IMG/VR virus record: IMGVR_UViG_3300017747_003884
Coordinates: 1-36,996 of that record
From: a virus
Taxonomy: Duplodnaviria > Caudoviricetes
Strand: one strand, 5' to 3'
Length of the DNA stretch: 36,996 nucleotides
The notes under the pieces were generated by a model that ran no database searches, had not been told where the DNA came from, and saw nothing but the letters and a program-made list of their open reading frames with translations. The position numbers and the translations under genes were made by a program. Positions within the stretch are counted from its first letter, which is position 1; the number at the start of each line of letters is the position of its first letter. Positions 8,881-17,619 of this stretch are shown piece after piece.

Positions 8881-9698
8881 ACCGAATCAAAGCCTACGCC
8901 TGGCCCTCTGTTGTCGCCGCCGCTCTGGCGGTTTCGCTGGGCCTCAGTGCGTGGAACACAATCCGCCCCGCCCCGTCGCCAACTCCCCCCGCTCCCATTC
9001 CCGCTCCGCTCGTCGAACCGACCGACGATAACCCGCTGATTGTCCCCGCTGAAATCACGCTCCCCGATCGCGGAATGATCCGGCTGCCGCTCAAGACTTT
9101 GGGCACGGTTCGCATTGTGCTCTATCCTGGCACGGACAAGGTTTTGCAGGTTGAGCAGTTCGGCGTTGACGTGATGTTGGCGCGGCGGTCGCAGGTTGCT
9201 GAGGATGTCAGCCTGGGATTGCAGGTCGAGCATAAGGGTAAGGTTTCGCCGGTCGTTTGGGTGTTGGTGCGGCTGAATCTCGCGCCGCTGCCGCCGCCGA
9301 CGCCTGAACCGGAACCGGCGCCCAAACCGAAGCCTGAGCCGACCCCGGTCCCAATCAAAGCCGATGGGCTTCGCGTCCTGATCATCTACGAAAGTTCCGA
9401 CTCTCAAGACGCCAAAAGCGTAATTTTCAGCACGAAGGTTCGCCAATTCCTCAATGAAAAGTGCGTCAAGGACGGAAAGCAACCGGAATGGCGGCAGTAT
9501 GATCAGGATCTCAAGCCGGAAGACCTCGCGGACGAATCAACCATCTGGCGAGAGGCGATGACCCGCACCAGGCCGAGGCTTGGCCCAGGCGAGCAATGGC
9601 TTATCGTCAGCAACGGCAAGGCCGGATTTGAGGGGAAGATGCCCACGAAAGACCCCGATGAACTGATCGCGTTCATTTCCAAGTTCGAGGGCCGGTAA
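8877..9698 (+). CDS. Membrane-anchored/secreted protein with Pro-rich linkers and a C-terminal alpha/beta domain
   Basis: N-terminal hydrophobic helix, PAPSPTPP and PEPEPAPKPKPEP linkers; coupled to the protease gene. Confidence 0.65.
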   Translation: MNRIKAYAWPSVVAAALAVSLGLSAWNTIRPAPSPTPPAPIPAPLVEPTDDNPLIVPAEITLPDRGMIRLPLKTLGTVRIVLYPGTDKVLQVEQFGVDVMLARRSQVAEDVSLGLQVEHKGKVSPVVWVLVRLNLAPLPPPTPEPEPAPKPKPEPTPVPIKADGLRVLIIYESSDSQDAKSVIFSTKVRQFLNEKCVKDGKQPEWRQYDQDLKPEDLADESTIWREAMTRTRPRLGPGEQWLIVSNGKAGFEGKMPTKDPDELIAFISKFEGR

Positions 9699-10543
9699 TG
9701 CTTTCGCCAAACGATATTGTCATTGACGACAGCAACGCGAATCTGTTCGTGCGGCCGAACTCCGGGCTCATTCAGCGAGATTTCTCCGCGCAGCCGCTCG
9801 GATGCATGGCGAACGTGCCAGCGATGTCGAGATCAACCTACGACCGGGCAACATGGCCCGAACGCATTCGCGATGCCGAAGCGAGCAAAACGCGGCTCAG
9901 CGACATTGCCGAGATCGGAAACTACGGCCAGCCGATTCCCCCCATGTGGCAAGACGGCTACGGATTCTGTTGGAATCATTCCTTCGTGGCCGGTGTGCAA
10001 CTCGCGTTCGCGATCAGCAACCTACCCTACGTTCGCCTGTCAGCCTTTGCTGGCGCCTGCCTCATCAAGGGATATCGCAACGTCGGCGGCATGAGCATCG
10101 ACGCGGCGCAGTTCGCGGCTGAAAATGGCGTGGCGTCTGCCGAGTTTTGGCCCCAACCCGAATACGAGTGGACCCAAGCGCAAATCAACGCTTGCGTTAA
10201 TCGCAAGTGGGACACACCAGCGATGCGAGCGAACGCCAAGAAACGGGCTTTGCTCGAATACGAAGACGTTCCGCACACGCTCGATCACATGTTCACAAAC
10301 CTCTTTGATCGGCGGCCAACCACAGGCGAATTCTCGTGGTGGGGGCATTCGGTCCTGCAGCTCGACCCGGTCGAAGTCGATCCGTCGAAGGATCTCATGG
10401 ACCCGCGGCGGTGGGGCGTGCGAATCCTGAACTCGCACGGGCCGAATAGCGGCACCAACGGGCGCCTTGTACTGGTCGGCGCCAAAGGTTTGGCCGATTG
10501 GGGCGGGGTGGCGATCAAGAATGTTCGCCCATCATCCAACTAA
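9698..10543 (+). CDS. Papain-like cysteine peptidase (C1 family-like)
   Basis: Q-D-G-Y-G-F-C-W, WWGHSV and ILNSHG give Gln/Cys/His/Asn in catalytic order. Confidence 0.8.
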   Translation: MLSPNDIVIDDSNANLFVRPNSGLIQRDFSAQPLGCMANVPAMSRSTYDRATWPERIRDAEASKTRLSDIAEIGNYGQPIPPMWQDGYGFCWNHSFVAGVQLAFAISNLPYVRLSAFAGACLIKGYRNVGGMSIDAAQFAAENGVASAEFWPQPEYEWTQAQINACVNRKWDTPAMRANAKKRALLEYEDVPHTLDHMFTNLFDRRPTTGEFSWWGHSVLQLDPVEVDPSKDLMDPRRWGVRILNSHGPNSGTNGRLVLVGAKGLADWGGVAIKNVRPSSN

Positions 10544-10554
10544 AGGAGTGACCG

Positions 10555-10866
10555 ATGATTGCATTGCTTTTCGCGGTGTTTCTGGGCGTGCCGCCGTATC
10601 CGGCGCCACCGACAGTATCGCCCCCGGTTCTGAAATCGGAAACTGCTTGCAAGTGCGGCGACTCGTGCCCCTGCAAATCGAAAGCCGCCACCCCGAAAGG
10701 CACCGGAACCCCCGTCACGTTCACCGACGGCACGCCAGGTCTGCGGCACGCCGACGGCTCCTACAGCGTGTTGCAAAACGTCGGGGCTTCCGCGCAAACG
10801 CCGACGAATGGCGGCGGCTGCTACATCAACGCGAACGGGCAGAAGGTTTGCCCGCTGAAACGGTAA
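10555..10866 (+). CDS. Secreted Cys-rich small protein
   Basis: AAGGAG RBS; signal-like N-term; CKCGDSCPC and C-terminal CY...CP. Confidence 0.65.
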   Translation: MIALLFAVFLGVPPYPAPPTVSPPVLKSETACKCGDSCPCKSKAATPKGTGTPVTFTDGTPGLRHADGSYSVLQNVGASAQTPTNGGGCYINANGQKVCPLKR

Positions 10867-10902
10867 GCGATCGACTCATTTTACCTAAAGGGATTTAATT
10901 TT

Positions 10903-11025
10903 ATGTCTCGCGAAATCACGACACACAAGGTCAACGGCTGCAACGAAAAGCTCCGCGTATGGGCGAGTGACGAGCCGGGGAATGGCGGCGCCCACCATGT
11001 CTATACCATTGACCCAAAACTTTAA
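10903..11025 (+). pseudogene. Truncated Tad1-like anti-defence sponge fragment (40 aa)
   Basis: MSREITTHKVNGCNEKLRVWASDEPGNGGAHHVYTIDPKL* resembles the Tad1 N-terminus (EGPGGAYHEYVI-type motif). Confidence 0.6.
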
Positions 11026-11055
11026 GTCACCAACTACTTTCCAAAGGAAACTACT

Positions 11056-11403
11056 ATGCCCGGTCCATTCTCCCCCAACCTCGCCCAACTCGATTGGAAC
11101 AAAATCTCCGGTCACATCACCGGCATCGTCGCCGAAGTCGCCCGCACGACGCCCTCGCCGCTTGACGACATCGCCGTGGGCTATCTCGCCCAGACGGTAA
11201 CCGAATGGCTCAAGGTTCGTGTCCAGCAGTCCCAGGCGCACGAAGAGACTCCGCACATGGTTTTCGCTGCGGTCAGCGATCAAGCCGATGAAGCGTTCTT
11301 CGCCGAAGCTCTCGCGCGGAAGGGAAAAATCCTCTCGCCGGAATTGCTGTCGCTGCTGGTGACGGTTGGCAAGTTCGTCCTGCCGTTGCTGCTGGCGTTG
11401 TAA
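11056..11403 (+). CDS. Hypothetical protein with C-terminal hydrophobic helix
   Basis: AAGGA RBS; 115 aa. Confidence 0.65.
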   Translation: MPGPFSPNLAQLDWNKISGHITGIVAEVARTTPSPLDDIAVGYLAQTVTEWLKVRVQQSQAHEETPHMVFAAVSDQADEAFFAEALARKGKILSPELLSLLVTVGKFVLPLLLAL

Positions 11404-11563
11404 ACCATTGCCGCGGTCCTGGGGCAAGATCCGTTTGGAACTTCGCGGCGGATCTTCTCGGTTCGATTCCGGGCGCGGCACATTTACGGAAGCAAGACGC
11501 CCCCGAAGCCGTGGTGCGGCTGGCATGACGCCGGCGGGGGCTTTGTACTCTGAGGCACTTGAA

Positions 11564-11950
11564 ATGAATATCCGCTATACAGCTCTACTAATCGTCGCCA
11601 TCGCCTTTGGCGTGGCCCGTTTTATCATCCCCGTCGAAGGGGCGATCAACAAGGCCGACATTTACAAGGATCTCGCCCACCTATTCGTTGGCGGGTGCTT
11701 TGTTTTTGCTTTTGGCATGATTGGTCTGTATAGAGCTGGCAGGCATTTAACCCGCTGGCTCCCAAACCCGTCACTGATCAAAGATGAACAAATCAAAACA
11801 AATATTTACTACGAATATGGCATGATCGATGCCGCAAAAATCGTTCGGGATTCTGGCGTGTGGGTCAAAGAATTTCCCTGGCAACCTTGGGCCATCGCCA
11901 TTGGCCTAACCGCTCTTGAGGTTGTCGCGTTTCTTGTAAGGCAAAAGTGA
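11564..11950 (+). CDS. Membrane protein (about 3 TM)
   Basis: GAGG RBS, ATG 11564; hydrophobic segments; lower GC. Confidence 0.6.
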   Translation: MNIRYTALLIVAIAFGVARFIIPVEGAINKADIYKDLAHLFVGGCFVFAFGMIGLYRAGRHLTRWLPNPSLIKDEQIKTNIYYEYGMIDAAKIVRDSGVWVKEFPWQPWAIAIGLTALEVVAFLVRQK

Positions 11951-12012
11951 GGTCTTAAGCGGAGGCTTTTAATTTCATGTATCGCGACTTTACGCCACAC
12001 AGGCTGCCGCCA

Positions 12013-12132
12013 ATGAGTTTGCGCGAGATGCTGATAACCGCAGCGTGCGTTGTGATTGGCCTTTTACTGCTTTGCGTCATCAGATTGATCGTTGTCGCAT
12101 TGCATGGCGGCGATTCTGATGATGACGATTAA
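12013..12132 (+). CDS. 39-aa single-TM peptide with acidic tail
   Basis: MSLREMLITAACVVIGLLLLCVIRLIVVALHGGDSDDDD*; below the ORF-track cutoff. Confidence 0.5.
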   Translation: MSLREMLITAACVVIGLLLLCVIRLIVVALHGGDSDDDD

Positions 12133-12145
12133 GGTTGAGGGTGCG

Positions 12146-12247
12146 ATGGCCCAGCGACAACCATACGGACGCCTGACCGCAACCGATTGGATTCTGATCG
12201 GCGTGCTGGCGTGCGTCATCGTTGGTTTTGTGGCGGTTGCGTTATGA
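12146..12247 (+). CDS. 33-aa single-TM peptide
   Basis: GAGG RBS; ATGA overlap with the next gene. Confidence 0.55.
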   Translation: MAQRQPYGRLTATDWILIGVLACVIVGFVAVAL

Positions 12248-12480
12248 AAGAAATCACCTACCCTCGCGACCTTCCCCCGCGATATCGGGAACTCTACGAA
12301 GAGCGTGTCGCGATCATGATGGCCGGCAACCGCTTCACCGAAGCCGACTTGCCGAAAGCGGAGCGATGGGCGTTGATAGACACACAGCGAACCATGGCAC
12401 GCGACGAAGACGCCGCACTTCGAGGGCAATCGCATGGAAGCGTTCCGCCATCTACTGGACGACATTTGCGCGATCGTTGA
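12244..12480 (+). CDS. Phage hypothetical protein
   Basis: ATGA coupling; 'YEERVAIM...AE' motif recurrent in phage proteins. Confidence 0.55.
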   Translation: MKEITYPRDLPPRYRELYEERVAIMMAGNRFTEADLPKAERWALIDTQRTMARDEDAALRGQSHGSVPPSTGRHLRDR

Positions 12481-12643
12481 CGACGGCGGCTCGCCCGAAT
12501 CGATCAAGCTCCGCATCGGCTGCATGCTTGACCTGGCAGAGCGTGAGGCTGTCGCGGAGATCCGCCGGGGCGAACTGCGACCGCCGGCGAGTGGTTGCAG
12601 GACGTGTGGGGCGTCTCAACGTGTCACGGAGGATTTGCGATGA
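12434..12643 (+). CDS. Hypothetical protein
   Basis: GAGG upstream; ATGA overlap with the next gene. Confidence 0.45.
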   Translation: MEAFRHLLDDICAIVDDGGSPESIKLRIGCMLDLAEREAVAEIRRGELRPPASGCRTCGASQRVTEDLR

Positions 12644-13869
12644 GGCGATTTTGGTCCGATGACGATAGAGCCGAAATCAACCGGCTTCGCTCCGAGGGGG
12701 CAAGCTGGCACGATATCGGCATGCAATTCCGAGTCTCGGCGAACACGGCGCGGAGCGTGGCGTACCGATCGCGGGACAGCTATTCGCCCTCGCCCGCGGC
12801 ACCCACCAAAGAATTCGACCCCGTCGCGGACCACAAACGCAAGCAGGACGAGCGGGCCAAGCAGCAGCAGATTATCGAAGCCGTTCGTGAGCAATCCTTT
12901 CGCGACTTCCTGACCGAACTCGTCAACGAAAGCGTTGCTCCGATTCCGCGCCAGCAGCGGCCGATTCGCCCCGCCAAGTCACGCGCGGCCCACGAGCGGT
13001 TCCCGCTGCTCACGTTCAACGATTGGCATTTTGAAGAGCGGGTCAATTCGGCCGGCGTGCTGGGTCTCAACGCTTACGACATCGAAATCGCCTGCCGTCG
13101 CGTCTGGCGCGTTGTGCAGGCGGCGATTGACTGGAAACGGGACATGGAAGCCGGTGGGCGCTATGCGGTCCCTGGAATCACTGTTGGGCTGCTGGGCGAT
13201 TTGCTCACCGGCACGCTTCACGGGCTCGAACGCCACTCAGACGCTCCGAACATCGTTCGCGCTTCGCTGGCCTGCGGCGATTTGGTCGCCATGGCCATTG
13301 CGGATTTGGCGGCGGAATTCGGCTCGGTCGAAGTCGTCGGCATCGTCGGCAACCACGGGCGGCTGCCCGATGACCGCAAGGTTCCGACGAAAGACCCGAC
13401 CCGCAGTTGGGATTTCCTCGCCTACCAAGTCGCGCGGCGGCGCCTGAGCAATGACGCCAACATCGTTTGGCACCTGCCCGACAGCTACGGCGTCTTGTTT
13501 GAGGTTGGCGGGCATCAGTGCTATGCATCGCACGGCAACTTCATCCCCAACAATCTCGGCGTCGTTGGCTACGGTGTGCGGCGGTTCACAACGGCCTTGA
13601 GCTCCAACCTGAACGCGGCGGGCAAGAAACTTCGCTACTGCTTCTTCGGGCACTGGCACCAATCATCATCGGCGGAATTCGCGGGCCTGCAAACATTCAT
13701 CTGCCCGTCTCTGATCGGAACGCAGGAATATTCGTTCCTGTCGGGCGGGTCGGTGAATCGTCCTGCGCAGAAGATTTTCGTGTTCGACCGCGACCTGGGG
13801 TATGTCTCCGAAGAGACGATCTACGGCGATGGGCCGGGCTACGATGGCGCGTACAAGTTGGCAATCTAA
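12640..13869 (+). CDS. Calcineurin-like metallophosphoesterase with N-terminal HTH
   Basis: DWH, GDLL, GNHG, HG and GHWH motifs; N-term 'WSDDD...GASWHDIGMQFRVSANTAR' HTH. Confidence 0.85.
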   Translation: MRRFWSDDDRAEINRLRSEGASWHDIGMQFRVSANTARSVAYRSRDSYSPSPAAPTKEFDPVADHKRKQDERAKQQQIIEAVREQSFRDFLTELVNESVAPIPRQQRPIRPAKSRAAHERFPLLTFNDWHFEERVNSAGVLGLNAYDIEIACRRVWRVVQAAIDWKRDMEAGGRYAVPGITVGLLGDLLTGTLHGLERHSDAPNIVRASLACGDLVAMAIADLAAEFGSVEVVGIVGNHGRLPDDRKVPTKDPTRSWDFLAYQVARRRLSNDANIVWHLPDSYGVLFEVGGHQCYASHGNFIPNNLGVVGYGVRRFTTALSSNLNAAGKKLRYCFFGHWHQSSSAEFAGLQTFICPSLIGTQEYSFLSGGSVNRPAQKIFVFDRDLGYVSEETIYGDGPGYDGAYKLAI

Positions 13870-13879
13870 GGGGAAGTCC

Positions 13880-14167
13880 ATGGACTGGCACTACAAACTC
13901 GACCCTGGCGGAGCGGTGACGATCCGGCATCTTGATCGTCCCACCGAAACCCTGACCATTCCCGCCGAAGTGATCCCGTGGCTGCATCTGAACCTATCTA
14001 CGCACCCGTCCGTTATTGCCACGTCTGCCGGCGCGAAGCAAACTCGCGCGACGTGCGATGCGAGCGGTGCCAAGCCCGATGGGTTCGCCGACGTTCGCCT
14101 TTGTCACCCGGCGGCGTCCAGTCGGTACTGCCTCGATCCGATCGCCATCGCGAACGCTGACCATTGA
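13880..14167 (+). CDS. Hypothetical protein
   Basis: GGGGA RBS, ATG 13880; fills the operon gap. Confidence 0.45.
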   Translation: MDWHYKLDPGGAVTIRHLDRPTETLTIPAEVIPWLHLNLSTHPSVIATSAGAKQTRATCDASGAKPDGFADVRLCHPAASSRYCLDPIAIANADH

Positions 14168-14175
14168 GGACCGCC

Positions 14176-14625
14176 ATGGAATTCCCCGATGTCCGCCAAC
14201 GGCGTGATTGTGATTGCTCTGCGGCATGCGCCAAGGCCGTGGAGGAACGCTACGGCGTCGTCAAGCCGCTCGCGCACTACGCGAACGGCCTTTCCGTCGA
14301 GCGGGCTTCCGGCTGCGATCCTCGCACGATTGAGCGATTCTTTCGCAAGGCCGGCTACCTTGTCACGTCGGGCGAAATGACCCTGGAAGACATGCGGTAT
14401 CACACGGTGCGCCGGCGGCCCATTATCGCCCCGGTGACCGCGAACGGGCTGGGGCACTACATCGTTGTCTATCGCGTCTCGGATCGGCTGCGAACGGTTT
14501 ACCTGCAAGATCCTTGGGACGGTCCGCGCAAGATGCATGCGGAAGAGTTTGAGACGGCATGGGTCGATTGCGACGAGGATTCGACGTATCGGCAATGGGG
14601 GATTGCGATCTCGGTGGGTGGGTAG
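14176..14625 (+). CDS. Stand-alone C39-like cysteine peptidase
   Basis: VRQ...DCSAAC, GHYIVV and LQDPWDG motifs; GAGGA RBS. Confidence 0.8.
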   Translation: MEFPDVRQRRDCDCSAACAKAVEERYGVVKPLAHYANGLSVERASGCDPRTIERFFRKAGYLVTSGEMTLEDMRYHTVRRRPIIAPVTANGLGHYIVVYRVSDRLRTVYLQDPWDGPRKMHAEEFETAWVDCDEDSTYRQWGIAISVGG

Positions 14626-14671
14626 TAAGAAAAACGCCCCGATATTTCTTTCACGCCGGGCGAGGAGTGAC

Positions 14672-15007
14672 ATGGAAGACAACATCCAGCATCTCGTTAC
14701 GATCTCGTCGCTGACGCTGCTGTTCGTGTTCGGCCTCGTCTGCGTCGTCATCTGGGCGCTGCTCAAGTTGCGAAACATTCAGATCGGCGGCGAGATGCAC
14801 GAAATCCCGTCGTGCTGGACGCGGACGCCATCCGGCGCGGGGATCTACATCGTCGTGGCCGTGGGCGATTCGCAACCGTCAGCCGCGGAGCTTGTGGACG
14901 ACGGAGAGGGGCGGCTTTCCTGGCACATCGCAGGGCGATATTGCTCGTCGGATCAGGATGAGATTCGGCTCTTTCTGGGGCCGCTAATCGCAACGCCACC
15001 GGAGTAA
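14672..15007 (+). CDS. Hypothetical protein with N-terminal TM
   Basis: GAGGAG RBS, ATG 14672. Confidence 0.55.
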   Translation: MEDNIQHLVTISSLTLLFVFGLVCVVIWALLKLRNIQIGGEMHEIPSCWTRTPSGAGIYIVVAVGDSQPSAAELVDDGEGRLSWHIAGRYCSSDQDEIRLFLGPLIATPPE

Positions 15008-15065
15008 GTTTTACCTCCAAACATTGAAACATGGAGGTATTCCGTCTCGTCACAAAGGGGGAGTC

Positions 15066-15617
15066 ATGGAGGCTGCCTTTCTATCCCTGCTGTTCACAAT
15101 TCTCCCGCCTGACGCGGCGGATGCTTACGTCGAAATCCTCGTCATGACCAACCACCCTTTGCCGGAGACATTCCCGCCCGGCACGGGGCATGCAGTCGAA
15201 AGGTTTTGGAAAAAGCATGAGTTGTGGGGTTTCCCAGTCGATTCCGAAAACTGGAACGATGCGCGGATCGCATGCGAAATTCGCTGGTGCAGGTACACGA
15301 TAGACACCCACCCCGAACTCCCGATGCTGGCCGAATTGCGGCACGTCCCAAGCGGCGAGACAGCGACCGCGGCCCTGGCGGTGTGCTACGGGCGCCTCGC
15401 CGAACTTTGCGCCATGCGCGAGTATGCGGTGGAGCCAGACGCGATTGACGCCGAGATTCGCCGCATCGAGGGGATCGCTGCGTACTGGCGAGATGTCCGC
15501 GTGGCCCGTGACGCGACATGTTCGATCCTCTGCCGGCGTGAAGCGATTCAGCACGCGCGGCAACTTGTAGGCGATGCGGCGTGGTTCAGCGGGGCGCCGG
15601 TTCCGATTTGCCCTTAG
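15066..15617 (+). CDS. Hypothetical protein
   Basis: GGGGAG RBS, ATG 15066; last gene of the + arm. Confidence 0.6.
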   Translation: MEAAFLSLLFTILPPDAADAYVEILVMTNHPLPETFPPGTGHAVERFWKKHELWGFPVDSENWNDARIACEIRWCRYTIDTHPELPMLAELRHVPSGETATAALAVCYGRLAELCAMREYAVEPDAIDAEIRRIEGIAAYWRDVRVARDATCSILCRREAIQHARQLVGDAAWFSGAPVPICP

Positions 15618-15930
15618 CTGCTGGCTTTATCGCCGCTCGGCAAGCCACTTTCATGCGCGTCGCCGCACGGTACGCACTCCCTGACGCTTCCGAAATCCGC
15701 TCGGCCTCGCGCAGAAACGCCCGCAATCTTCGCTTCGCGCGGGCCGCCAGTTTCATCGCGGCGGTGGCCTTACTCTCAAGTTCCACCACGCGGTCGGACA
15801 TCAATTTCATCGACCCAGCGCAATGGACCCCGCCCCTGCGGCTGTGAATCGGCAAACGGAGCGGGCCATCGGCGGGCCTTGCGCGATCAACCTCTTGCAG
15901 GCACCAGGGGCACAGCATGATGGTTTTCAT
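15586..15930 (-). CDS. Hypothetical Zn-binding protein
   Basis: CPWC...H...C; coupled to the upstream nuclease gene. Confidence 0.5.
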   Translation of the reverse strand: MKTIMLCPWCLQEVDRARPADGPLRLPIHSRRGGVHCAGSMKLMSDRVVELESKATAAMKLAARAKRRLRAFLREAERISEASGSAYRAATRMKVACRAAIKPAAKGKSEPAPR

Positions 15931-16319
15931 AAGAGAACCTCCCGTAAGGTTGCGAAAATCGACCCGTCCTTCACGTCAGCCGGGACACAGTTAAAGACCT
16001 GCCAGCCAAGCACGGTCGCGCGATTCCGTTTCTGTTGATCCTTGATGAAGCCCTTGCCCCTTGTGTGGCGGCCTTGGGTGTAGGCGCCTCCGTCAATTTC
16101 GAGAGCAACCATCGGCTTAGAATTCGGCCAAGCAAAATCAAATTTCCAACCCCGCTCGCAAAACCGATATTCCGGCACGGGCTCGGGCAAGCCGTGGGCC
16201 TTGCACAGCGCGATGAACAGCGAGGGGTTAGGCTTCGGCGCCTTCACTCGTGGCTTGCCGGGGGCTTTGGGTGGGGGGCCAAAAAGACGCTCATACTCGG
16301 CGTTAGAAAGTCGCGTCAC
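15927..16319 (-). CDS. PD-(D/E)XK endonuclease (Vsr/DUF559-like)
   Basis: PEYRF...FDFAWP...ALEIDGG...D..K.N.A...GW.V. Confidence 0.8.
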   Translation of the reverse strand: MTRLSNAEYERLFGPPPKAPGKPRVKAPKPNPSLFIALCKAHGLPEPVPEYRFCERGWKFDFAWPNSKPMVALEIDGGAYTQGRHTRGKGFIKDQQKRNRATVLGWQVFNCVPADVKDGSIFATLREVLL

Positions 16320-16594
16320 ATCAAATCCTCCAACTCGCGGAACTCGGCGACCGTTTCCGCCAGTTCCAACGCCTCGGCAAGACGGCGAAAAGCTCTCGAT
16401 TCAGGCCGCTCCCATGCGCCGCCATCAACGCGAAACCATACCGTCGATCTTGCGACTGCTTGCCCGCCAACGCCGGGCGGATTCCCACAACCGCTCATCG
16501 CAATCTCGACGACGCCATCAGGAAAGTTTTTTGTTATTCTCGTCGTCATCTGCCGAACGTCGGCTGCCAGTCCCTTCAATTCGTCGCTGCTCAT
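16316..16594 (-). CDS. Hypothetical protein
   Basis: GAGGAGG RBS, ATG 16594. Confidence 0.55.
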   Translation of the reverse strand: MSSDELKGLAADVRQMTTRITKNFPDGVVEIAMSGCGNPPGVGGQAVARSTVWFRVDGGAWERPESRAFRRLAEALELAETVAEFRELEDLM

Positions 16595-16605
16595 ACGCTT
16601 CCTCC

Positions 16606-17112
16606 TCAGTAAGCCGCCACCAACGCACTGTATTTCACATACAGCGGATGCCGCGGATGCCCGCCCTTCGTCGTTCCAAGGCACGCCAAGCTGATCCCAG
16701 CGTCCTTAGCCATTTTGACAACATCCGCCGCACGTCCCCGATACGTCCCGTGGCATCCCCACGCGGCAATGATCGCGCCACACTCCCTAAACGCTCGCTG
16801 AATGTTTTCATCGTTACCTTCGGGGGCGCCAGGATGGCTCACAGGGCTTTCATGCGACAGCATTACTCCCGGATCTGTTGCCCGCAGCGCGAACAGGTTG
16901 ACGACGACGAATCCGCCGTATCCCATTCGGCTCGTGCGGCGCTGGACTCGCTCAATGGTCGGGTCATTCTTCTCGGCGGTCGCCGTTGAAGGGTTCAGCA
17001 TGATCCAGCCAAGGAGCGGGCAGTCGTTGTCCCAGGTCCGTTTGAGCCAGTATCGATAAGCGTTGTCGCTTGAAAATGCGACTTCGCTTGAGCATCCAAG
17101 TAGATCAGCCAT
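16606..17112 (-). CDS. DUF1643 family protein
   Basis: YRY.L.R.W...MLNPSTA...DPT...VNLFALRATDP...AWG...G.TK.G.PRHPLY. Confidence 0.9.
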   Translation of the reverse strand: MADLLGCSSEVAFSSDNAYRYWLKRTWDNDCPLLGWIMLNPSTATAEKNDPTIERVQRRTSRMGYGGFVVVNLFALRATDPGVMLSHESPVSHPGAPEGNDENIQRAFRECGAIIAAWGCHGTYRGRAADVVKMAKDAGISLACLGTTKGGHPRHPLYVKYSALVAAY

Positions 17113-17416
17113 ACGCTTCCTCCTCCCTGTTAATTCGTTCAATCTCTTCATCCAGCGGCGGATTCTCCGCAGCCCACTTCCGAAACCCACTCCCCATTGA
17201 TTCGTGCGTCTCCGCATGATCGCTCTGCCAGCCGCGGGCGACGACCCAGCGGCCTTCGTGACGGTCGCGGCAGAGCGTGCAGGCGATGACTCCCGACGAC
17301 ATCTTGCCGTTGTCTTTCTTGATGTGGATCTTGGCGCAGTTGCCGTCATGGTGGCAGAGGCGGCAGTTGCGCCACTCGGTATGCGTCAGTTGGGGGTAAC
17401 GGAAGTTTGTGCGCAT
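17105..17416 (-). CDS. Hypothetical Cys/His-rich protein
   Basis: Two CxxC pairs; AGGAG RBS. Confidence 0.55.
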   Translation of the reverse strand: MRTNFRYPQLTHTEWRNCRLCHHDGNCAKIHIKKDNGKMSSGVIACTLCRDRHEGRWVVARGWQSDHAETHESMGSGFRKWAAENPPLDEEIERINREEEAYG

Positions 17417-17418
17417 CG

Positions 17419-17619
17419 TCACTCCTGCTCTTGAGTCTTCCCAGATCCACCACAAAGGTTGCATTTGAGCAGGCTGTCACCAGCGATGAGAATGCCCGTG
17501 CCGTGGCAGGCTTGGCACTTACGGCGGCGTGCGGCTTCGCGTGCCTCGGCGGACGCTTTGAGCATGCCAGCAACAACGTCTATGCGTGCAAACAGCTGTT
17601 CCCAAGTCTCAGCCATCAC
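17419..17619 (-). CDS. Small DnaJ-type CxxCxGxG zinc-finger protein
   Basis: CQACHGTG and CNLCGGSG. Confidence 0.65.
   Translation of the reverse strand: MMAETWEQLFARIDVVAGMLKASAEAREAARRRKCQACHGTGILIAGDSLLKCNLCGGSGKTQEQE

Noticed and set aside
13978-14160. Alternative CxxC-containing ORF nested in 13880-14167
   Set aside because: No RBS; cannot be distinguished from a chance frame without homology
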